Source of the DNA: Vitrella brassicaformis CCMP3155
Lineage: Eukaryota; Protista; Chromerida
Assembly (NCBI GenBank): GCA_001179505.1
Contig: CDMY01000880.1
Location: 1-13,370 of the forward strand
DNA: 13,370 nt
Direction of reading: 5' to 3'
The notes under the pieces were generated by a model, which worked only from the letters and a program-made list of their open reading frames with translations, did no database searches and was not told the DNA's origin. Position numbers and translations under genes: made by a program. This document shows positions 1 to 8,520 of the stretch, in pieces (within the stretch, counting starts at the first letter, position 1; every line of letters starts with the position of its first letter).

Positions 1-1170
1 GCGATCGCGACGAGGAGCGGCGGGAGAGGCGGCAGCATCGCGAGCGCGAGAAGGAGGAGACGGCCAGGGGCACTGCCACCACCCCCACACCCCCGTCCAC
101 GCAGCCAACGGCCGCTGACGAGAGGTCCACGTCACCAGCAGCTGCAGCAGCGGCAGCGGGGGGTGGTGCAGGGGAGGGGACGAGCCCTCAGCCTGCGTCA
201 GCGGCCCCTGCTGATGAGGACCGGGTAAGGCAAAGAGGCCGGCAGGTGGTGAGGTGGATTCTTCATTCCTTCTCTGCTGGCTCATGTGGGCGGTTTTTGG
301 TCGTCATCTCAGGAGGTGCCGCTGGTGGAGGGAGCAGTCAGTGTGGGAGGTGACAACACAGTTGCACCAATCAAGCCGGTCGTCGCGCACGGCGAGGAGT
401 CGTCGGTGGCTGGCGACAGAGATGGCCGCAACGCGTGGGCGGACGTGAGCGACGACGAGGACGTCCTGCCGCACCCCCACCAGCACCGCGGCGAGAGTGG
501 AACCCCGCAAAGGCGTGACGGTATGTCTGTGGGCGAGTGAATCGATGGAAACAGCCTGGTCGATCCCTCGTGTGTGCGTGTGGCTTGCTTGGTGCATAGG
601 AGAAGGAGGAGGAGGAGCGCGATGGCGAGCGAGAGCTTGACGGTGGCGGCGGAGGTGGGCGTCAGCGTGATCGACCCTCTCGTCCGCCGGGCAGGGACAG
701 ATACAACGAGCATGACGACAGACGTGAGTCGAGTCGAGTCGAGAGAGTGGCACACACACATTCATTCATTCATTCAGACACTCACACGACGACACACAGA
801 CACAGGCACGGCCAGGCGTCACATGACCTGCTGTGTGTGCAGGTCGTGGCGGTGGAGGTGGCGGTCGCGGCCCGCGCCCGTCGCTGGGGCGGGCCAGGTA
901 CTTCGAGAGGGAGAGGTGCCCGCCCGTCCCGGAAACCGTAAGCACTGTGATCCATCCATCCATTCATCCATCCATCCATCCGTCCATCGAGTGGTTCGTG
1001 TGTTGGTTCGTCAGTATAATGGCCCGTATGGCTTGATGCTGCACAACGTACCCTACAAAGCCACCAAACGCGACGTGGAAGACTTCCTCAGACCTTGCAG
1101 AGTCAGACAGACAGCACAGCACAGCCACCCAGACAACCCTCCCTCCCACGCCCACCTTGTCGCCTGTGCA

Positions 1171-1204
<34 letters not shown>

Positions 1205-4200
1205 TGTGTGTGGCTGTGCAGGCAAACCACATAAGGCTCGATGTCGACGCTCGTAACCCTAGCAAGAACATCGGCAGATGTGAGCGACCACGCACACACC
1301 CCCACGCCACGCGCCTCACCGCCTTGTCACATGTCGCGCACACTCAGGTTACGTCCAGTTCGACAACCGTCGCGACTTTGAGTTGGCATGGACACACGAC
1401 GGCCTGGTGGGTGCGGACACACTCACACACAATCTTCAATCACACGCAGGCACACACTGCCTCCATCCATGTGTTTCAGGAGATGTTCGGTCGCGAAATC
1501 CGCATCAGCCTGGCCGACGAGATGAAGGGCGCCATCGGCGGCCGACGCGACGACAGAGACAGGCCTGGATACAGCTTCACACGCAGAAGGCAAGACTGAC
1601 AAGCCCCTCCCCCCCAACACAGACACAGACACAGACACAAACACAGACACGCAGTGCACAGATCTTTATGTGTATGTGTGTGTGTGTGTGCAGCAGCAGG
1701 GAGGATGACTATCATCGTGACTCGGGCTACCATCGCGGCTATGGCGGTGGGGATGGGGATGGCGGTAGGCGCTCGGACAGGGACCGAGACAGAGGTAAGA
1801 TGGACACCCCAGACAGCAAAGTCATCCATCCAGCCATGTGTGGCCACACATGGCTGGATGGGTTGCAATGCAGGCGACATGACCCCAGCGAGCGGCGTCA
1901 GCCACGGCGGGCGGCAGCCCGTGATGGCCGCGCAGGGCCGCGTGATTGAATTCCTCACCTCGTGGGAGCCCTCGCGGTATGACAAGCCGTCGCCGGTGAC
2001 GGTGCGGGTGGTGCGGCGCTCTGGCCTCGTGGTGGGCGAGGTGCACCCGTACTCGATGGAGGCCAAGGTGTGGTGGTACATCGACCTGCATCACAAGGTG
2101 CATGGGCCCTTCAGCAGCCAGCAGATGCACGAGTGGGACAAGGCATACACGTTCTTCGACGACGCCCACGTCCTCTTCAGCCTGTGGTGCGACCTCGCGC
2201 AGCACCCGCAGCCCTGCCCGCCACACCAGCAGCCCCTCTTCGCCCACGGATTATACCCCAAGTACAGCTTTTTCGCCGAGAACGACCCCCGCGGGCCGGC
2301 ATTCACCTTCCCCGTCTCCACCATCCCCCTGGGCATCGTCACGACCCTTTCGGGCCCAGGGTGCCTCCACATAGTCCCCCAGCGTGGGCTTCCAGCACGG
2401 CCAGGGGGCGGCGGGAGGAGGGGTTGGGCCTCCCGCACAGGGCGGCATGGGGCACCATCACGTCGACGACCACGGCAACGGACCCTACAACGCCGCCAGT
2501 GCTGCGATCGAGGCCGGGAGCGACCGACAGCTGTCGCAGCCGATGGAGCCTTTGGCTCGGGAGGTCTCGCTGCCGTCTGCAGCATCCCCCCCTCAGCCGA
2601 CGGCCACTGATGAAGATGGTGTTGGGAGTGTGAAGCCAGCTGCCCCCGACGGCAGCCAAAAGGACGGGGGCATCGGTGTTGGTGCTGTGGTCGAGCACAA
2701 TCAGGAGTCGCCTGTGGTGGACGGCGAGGTTATGGAGACCGTGCCGACCGAGACACAGCAGGAAAGAGTCGAGGAGACTGTGCAGCCCCCACCCGTGGAG
2801 CCTGCCAAAGTCGAGGAGGGAGAGGTGGCCGAGCCCGCAGCGCCACAGGAGGAGGAGGCGCCTGCTGAGGGGCAGAAAGAGGCTGAGCCGGTCGAGACAC
2901 ACGCCGAGCCGGCCCCTGTGGCTGAGAAAGAGGCTGCCCCTGTTGAGGAAGCCAAGGGAAAGGCGGCCAAGGAAGACACGGCCAGTGTAAGCGACACACC
3001 ACAACACACTGCATTGTCTTGCCGATGAGTGTCACGGTGGTCTGTCCGTCTATCTCCCTCTGTTGTGTTCGTCAGTCATCCCGTCCCCAGGAGGCCTCTC
3101 GCGTCCCATCCTGCACCCCCGGGCAGCCAACCAGGTATGGCCCGCCCGCACTTGTGTCCCGCTGACTGCAACCACTGAATGCCTTTCTGTCCGTGTCTGT
3201 CTGTCTGTGTGCAGTGTGATAACGTCCCGCCGTGTGCTCAAGGGCAGCGACCTGCGGAGCGATCGCGACGAGGAGCGGCGGGAGAGGCGGCAGCATCGCG
3301 AGCGCGAGAAGGAGGAGACGGCCAGGGGCACTGCCACCACCCCCACACCCCCGTCCACGCAGCCNNNNNNNNNNNNNNNNNNNNNNNNNNNNNNNNNNNN
3401 NNNNNNNNNNNNNNNNNNNNNNNNNNNNNNNNNNNNNNNNNNNNNNNNNNNNNNNNNNNNNNNNNNNNNNNNNNNNNNNNNNNNNNNNNNNNNNNNNNNN
3501 NNNNNNNNNNNNNNNNNNNNNNNNNNNNNNNNNNNNNNNNNNNNNNNNNNNNNNNNNNNNNNNNNNNNNNNNNNNNNNNNNNNNNNNNNNNNNNNNNNNN
3601 NNNNNNNNNNNNNNNNNNNNNNNNNNNNNNNNNNNNNNNNNNNNNNNNNNNNNNNNNNNNNNNNCTGCTTTTGTGTGTGCTTCCAGCGCCCCCCCTGCGG
3701 CCGTTGGAGAGTTCGCTTGCATGACAGAGCCTGTCGTTGAAGCTGCCGAGGTTGTCCAGAAGGCCAAGAAGGAGAACAAGAAAGCTGAGGTGCCGCTGGG
3801 GGAGGGAGCAGTCGGTGCGGGAGGGGAGGCAAAGAAGGAGATGCCCGTCGAGGAAGAGGTTGGTGCATCCACCCCTAGAACAATAGCGCTCACCCATCTC
3901 GATGTCACTGTGTCCTTGCTCTGTCACATACGGTTGCGTGCAGGCCCCTCAAGCCCAAGAGCCTGACGGCACACCAGTCGGCCCACATGTCGAGGATACG
4001 TCGCCCGAGCACCGCCACTCACCGACGAAGACCAAGGAGGAGGAAGCTGTCGCTGGTCAGGAGGCCCCTGTGCCTATGGGTCAGGCTGAGGCCGCGCCAG
4101 CCGGGCGCGAGACACCGGCGGGCAAGACAAAGGTGGACAGGGAGGAGGCGGTGATGGAGCCGGTCAGGGAGGAGCCCTTGGTGCCTGCCAAGCAGGACAC

Positions 4201-7200
4201 CATCGCAGCAGAGTGCAGCGCGCCGCCCGAGACATCTCCATCATCGAGTCCGGTGAGTGCCAAGGAGGCTGAGGAGTGGCCAGCACCAGTGGAGAAGGAG
4301 GGAAAGCCCGTGTCAGAGGAGGTCAAGTCGGACGAGGGCTACGAACCCGACTTCGAAGACCAACAGGAGGGACAAGCAGACAGGTATTGCATCGAACACA
4401 CACATACACCTGCACGCGTTGTGCTGTCATGCCTCGTTTTGTGTGTGCTTCCAGCGCCCCCCCCCTCGGCCGTTGGAGAGTTCGCTGGCAAGACAGAGCC
4501 TGTCGTTGAAGCTGTCAAGGTTGTCCAGGAGGCCAAGAAGGAGAACAAAAAAGCTGAGGTGCCGCTGGGGGAGGGAACAGTCGGTGCGGGAGGGGAGGCA
4601 AAGAAGGAGATGCCCGTCGAGGAAGAGGTTGGTGCATCCACCCCTAGAACAATAGCGCTCACCCATCTCGATGTCACTGTGTCCTTGCTCTGTCACACAC
4701 GGTTGCGTGCAGGCCCCTCAAGCCCAAGAGCCTGACGGCACACCAGTCGGCTGCGACCGACAGCTGTCGCAGCCGATGGAGCCTTTGGCTCGGGAGGTCT
4801 CGCTGCCGTCTGCAGCATCCCCCCCTCAGCCGACGGCCACTGATGAAGATGGTGTTGGGAGTGTGAAGCCAGCTGCCCCCGACGGCAGCCAAAAGGACGG
4901 GGGCATCGGTGTTGGTGCTGTGGTTGAGCACAATCAGGAGTCGCCTGTGGTGGACGGCGAGGTCATGGAGACCGTGCCGACCGAGACACAGCAGGAAAGA
5001 GTCGAGGAGACCGTGCAGCCCCCACCCGTGGAGCCTGCCAAAGTCGAGGAGGGAGAGGTGGCCGAGCCCGCAGCGCCACAGGAGGAGGAGGCGCCTGCTG
5101 AGGGGCAGAAGGAGGCTGAGCCGGTCGAGACACACGCCGAGCCGGCCCCTGTGGCTGAGAAAGAGGCTGCCCCTGTTGAGGAAGCCAAGGGAAAGGCGGC
5201 CAAGGAAGACACGGCCAGTGTAAGCGACACACCACAACACACTGCATTGTCTTGCCGATGAGTGTCACGGTGGTCTGTCCGTCTATCTCCCTCTGTTGTG
5301 TTCGTCAGTCATCCCGTCCCCAGGAGGCCTCTCGCGTCCCATCCCGCACCCCCGGGCAGCCAACCAGGTATGGCCCGCCCGCACTTGTGTCCCGCTGACT
5401 GCAACCACTGAATGCCTTTCTGTCCGTGTCTGTCTGTCTGTGTGCAGTGTGATAACGTCCCGCCGTGTGCTCAAGGGCAGCGACCTGCGGAGCGATCGCG
5501 ACGAGGAGCGGCGGGAGAGGCGGCAGCATCGCGAGCGCGAGAAGGAGGAGACGGCCAGGGGCACTGCCACCACCCCCACACCCCCGTCCACGCAGCCNNN
5601 NNNNNNNNNNNNNNNNNNNNNNNNNNNNNNNNNNNNNNNNNNNNNNNNNNNNNNNNNNNNNNNNNNNNNNNNNNNNNNNNNNNNNNNNNNNNNNNNNNNN
5701 NNNNNNNNNNNNNNNNNNNNNNNNNNNNNNNNNNNNNNNNNNNNNNNNNNNNNNNNNNNNNNNNNNNNNNNNNNNNNNNNNNNNNNNNNNNNNNNNNNNN
5801 NNNNNNNNNNNNNNNNNNNNNNNNNNNNNNNNNNNNNNNNNNNNNNNNNNNNNNNNNNNNNNNNNNNNNNNNNNNNNNNNNNNNNNNNNNNNNNNNNACA
5901 GAGATGGCCGCAACGCGTGGGCGGACGTGAGCGACGACGAGGACGTCCTGCCGCACCCCCACCAGCACCGCGGCGAGAGTGGAACCCCGCAAAGGCGTGA
6001 CGGTATGTCTGTGGGCGAGTGAATCGATGGAAACAGCCTGGTCGATCCCTCGTGTGTGCGTGTGGCTTGCTTGGTGCATAGGAGAAGGAGGAGGAGGAGC
6101 GCGATGGCGAGCGAGAGCTTGACGGTGGCGGCGGAGGTGGGCGTCAGCGTGATCGACCCTCTCGTCCGCCGGGCAGGGACAGATACGACGAGCATGACGA
6201 CAGACGTGAGTCGAGTCGAGTCGAGAGAGTGGCACACACACATTCATTCATTCATTCAGACACGCACACGACGACACACAGACACAGACACGGCCAGGCG
6301 TCACATGACCTGCTGTGTGTGCAGGTCGTGGCGGTGGAGGTGGCGGTCGCGGCCCGCGCCCGTCGCTGGGGCGGGCCAGGTACTTCGAGAGGAAGAGGTG
6401 CCCGCCCGTCCCGGAAACCGTAAGCACTGTGATCCATCCATCCATTCATCCATCCATCCGTCCATCGAGTGGTTCGTGTGTTGGTTGGTCAGTATAATGG
6501 CCCGTATGGCCTTATCCTCGACAACATCCACTACGAGGCCACCAAACGCGACGTGGAAGTCTTCCTTACACCTTGCAGAGTCAGACAGACAGCACAGCAC
6601 AGCCACCCATACAGCCCTCCCTCCCACGCCCACCCTGTCTGTGCATCTCTCTCTCTCTGTGTGTGTATGTGTGTGTGTCTGCCGTGTGTGCGTGTGTGGC
6701 TGTGCAGGTGGACCACATGATGTTGGAAGCCGACCATCGCAACCCTGTCAAGAACCTCGGCAGATGTGAGCGACCACACACATGCACACACCCCCAGGCG
6801 CCTCACCGCCTTATCACATGTCGCGCACACTCAGGTTACGTCCAGTTCGACAACCGTCGCGACTTTGAGTTGGCATGGACATACGAAGGCCTGGTGGGTG
6901 CGGACACACTCACACACATTCTTCAATCACACGCAGGCACACACTGCCTCCCTCCATGTGTTTCAGATGATGCTGGGTCGGAGAATCCGCATCAGCACCG
7001 CCGACGAGATGAAATACGCCGTCGGCGGCCGACTGGACCCAGCAGCCGCAATCCGCTGCAACGACAACAACACTACCACCAGCAGCACCACGAGATGCCG
7101 AGGGCGGGCCAACGGGGCCTTGTTGCAGAGGACGCCCAATGGCAGAGGAGGGAGAGGGGGGCGCGGCCGAGGTCAGAAATACATACACAAACCAGATAGA

Positions 7201-7291
7201 TGACAACCAAAACACCAGCTTAACCGCATTGCATTGCTTGCTGTGTGTGTTTGCCGTTGCTGTGTGTGCAGCCTGGCCGGGAAGAGAGTAA
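1..7291 (+). CDS. Multi-exon RNA-binding protein, 5'-partial, with 2 eIF4B/4H-like RRMs, a DRYG-like tract, a GYF domain, acidic Pro/Ala-rich repeats and an RGG-like C-terminus; spans two assembly gaps
   Basis: Inferred exons: <1-224, 313-(444, 520 or 528), 600-654, 843-937, 1015-1101, 1222-1279, 1348-1406, 1480-1589, 1694-1794, 1874-2986 (frame break near 2375), 3076-3134, 3215-3364>gap, 3687-3858, 3944-4383, 4455-4627, 4713-5219, 5309-5367, 5448-5597>gap, <5898-(5926, 6002 or 6010), 6082-6136, 6325-6419, 6493-6579, 6708-6765, 6835-6893, 6967-7171, 7272-7291 (…AWPGRE-TAA). Phases are consistent except at the junctions listed under findings. Whether this is one gene across both gaps or tandem paralogs cannot be proven from this window. 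Confidence 0.75.
1015..1546 (+). other. RRM copy 1 (eIF4B/eIF4H-like), split over 4 exons
   Basis: Spliced peptide YNGPYGLMLHNVPYKATKRDVEDFLRPCRANHIRLDVDARNPSKNIGRCYVQFDNRRDFELAWTHDGLEMFGREIRISLADE. It has RNP2-like LMLHNV and RNP1-like GRCYVQF, and resembles my recollection of the eIF4B RRM (PYTAFLGNLPYDVT…NPERLKGFGYAEF…LGNRRIRVDVAD). Confidence 0.85.
1590..1693 (+). other. Non-canonical GC-AG intron
   Basis: Donor AG|GCAAGA in phase 2 joins the acceptor TGCAG|C in phase 2. I found no suitable GT donor before the in-frame stop at 1597-1599. Confidence 0.65.
1826..1861. repeat. Perfect 36-bp palindrome inside intron 1795-1873
   Basis: CCATCCAGCCATGTGTGG|CCACACATGGCTGGATGG is an exact reverse complement with no spacer. 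Confidence 0.97.
2068..2181 (+). other. GYF domain
   Basis: VWWYIDLHHKVHGPFSSQQMHEWDKAYTFFDDAHVLFS matches the GYF signature W-x-Y-x-D…GPF…M-x-x-W…(G)YF, with a degenerate final GYF motif. Confidence 0.8.
3365..3664. other. Assembly gap (300 N)
   Basis: Run of exactly 300 N. Confidence 1.
3669..4751 (+). repeat. Direct repeat 3669-3982 / 4437-4751 (K/E-rich exon, intron and next exon start)
   Basis: Offset 768-769 bp with a few percent divergence. Encodes AVGEFA(C/G)(M/K)TEPVVEA…KKENKKAEVPLGEG…KKEMPVEEE. Confidence 0.93.
5598..5897. other. Assembly gap (300 N)
   Basis: Run of exactly 300 N. Confidence 1.
6493..7033 (+). other. RRM copy 2 (diverged paralog of copy 1)
   Basis: Spliced peptide YNGPYGLILDNIHYEATKRDVEVFLTPCRVDHMMLEADHRNPVKNLGRCYVQFDNRRDFELAWTYEGLMMLGRRIRISTADE. 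The first three RRM exons have the same lengths as in copy 1 (87, 58, 59 nt) and the intron phases match. Confidence 0.85.
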
Positions 7292-7582
7292 GGGTATTTC
7301 TATGTGTGTTCAGTGGATTGATTTGTCGCGTTGATACCTAATCTTTCTCTTTGTTGCCTAGTCAGTGCCTGGCTCCTTGCCCGCATCGCCCGCCTGTTTT
7401 GCGTGTTTTGCTCACCTACCTTTGCCTGACCCTGACTGTGGCCGTGGCGTGGCTATTTGCTGCATCCTTCCGGTGCCGGCATCCCATCCTCCTTCCTTAC
7501 CTCCTGTTGGCCTGCCTGCCTGGGGGTGTGTGTTATTTGCCGGCCAGTCAGTTACATCGTATCAGTAGAGGGTGAGTGCCAC

Positions 7583-7882
7583 NNNNNNNNNNNNNNNNNN
7601 NNNNNNNNNNNNNNNNNNNNNNNNNNNNNNNNNNNNNNNNNNNNNNNNNNNNNNNNNNNNNNNNNNNNNNNNNNNNNNNNNNNNNNNNNNNNNNNNNNNN
7701 NNNNNNNNNNNNNNNNNNNNNNNNNNNNNNNNNNNNNNNNNNNNNNNNNNNNNNNNNNNNNNNNNNNNNNNNNNNNNNNNNNNNNNNNNNNNNNNNNNNN
7801 NNNNNNNNNNNNNNNNNNNNNNNNNNNNNNNNNNNNNNNNNNNNNNNNNNNNNNNNNNNNNNNNNNNNNNNNNNNNNNNNNN
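7583..7882. other. Assembly gap (300 N)
   Basis: Run of exactly 300 N; both flanks share AGTGCCAC. Confidence 1.
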
Positions 7883-8280
7883 AGTGCCACTATTGATTGA
7901 ATATATATGTTGAAACGAACAAACGGGTCTCTCTGTCTGCCTGTGTGTTTGCGTCTTGGTGGGGGCGTGGCGGGTGTCTGTGTCTGTGTGGCCGGATGGA
8001 TGGAGTGGTGTACTTGAGTGTCTTTGTTGCGCCGCGGGCAGGGCTCCCTCCCTCTCCCTCTACCTCTCTTGCCTACGCCCGCGTCTGTTGAGTGCAATAC
8101 GTGCCAGTCCATTGAGTCCGTGACACAGACAGCCAGACACGCAAACAAACAGACAGACAGACAGAGGGGTGCCGTCCCATTGTAGCTACCCATACAGACA
8201 GACGCCCACACGCCCGTATGCCACACCACGCCACACCATGCACCGAACCAGCCAGGCAGCCGCTCGAGAGGCATTGGGTG

Positions 8281-8520
8281 GATGTCGTCTGTCTGGTGTG
8301 TATGTGTGTGATGTGAATGGTGTGGTGTGTCGTGTTGTGCTGTATTGTATTGTATTGTATTGTGCTGTGCTGCATAGGACGTTCCTTCCTTCATGCGCGC
8401 GTGTGTGAATGGCTGGTTGGCTTGCCTTGCCCTGCCTGTCTGTCTGCGTGGATGGATGGATGGATGCCTGTTTGCTTGTGCCGTTTGCTTGTGATCTGGG
8501 TGTCTGGCTGTCTTGTTGTC
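8281..8520. repeat. Simple-repeat-rich intergenic/3'-UTR tract: (TG)n, (TGTAT)n, (GATG)n, (TGTC)n
   Basis: Visible in the sequence; lies between the convergent 3' ends of gene 1 and the Tim17-family gene. Confidence 0.85.

Larger units (their letters stand above)
2520..5597 (+). repeat. Direct repeat 2520-3364 / 4753-5597 (845 bp); its last 106 bp also occur at 1-106
   Basis: Constant offset of 2233 bp with 5 substitutions seen. Both copies end at the same base (…CACGCAGCC) immediately before a gap. Confidence 0.95.
416..7033 (+). repeat. Direct repeat 416-1546 / 5898-7033 (RRM module with introns)
   Basis: Collinear exon/intron structure. The 5' ~600 bp differ by only 5 substitutions and one 4-nt indel; the RRM exons are strongly diverged. 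Confidence 0.95.

Noticed and set aside
304-6830. Numerous long overlapping ORFs on both strands rich in HT, CV or SIHP repeats
   Set aside because: These are translations of intronic microsatellites and GC-rich antisense frames that lack stops. The spliced plus-strand gene explains them.
1-7033. Repeats as a CRISPR array or transposable element
   Set aside because: The repeats are hundreds of bp of exon/intron sequence with no repeat-spacer periodicity, terminal repeats, target-site duplications, or transposase/RT coding.
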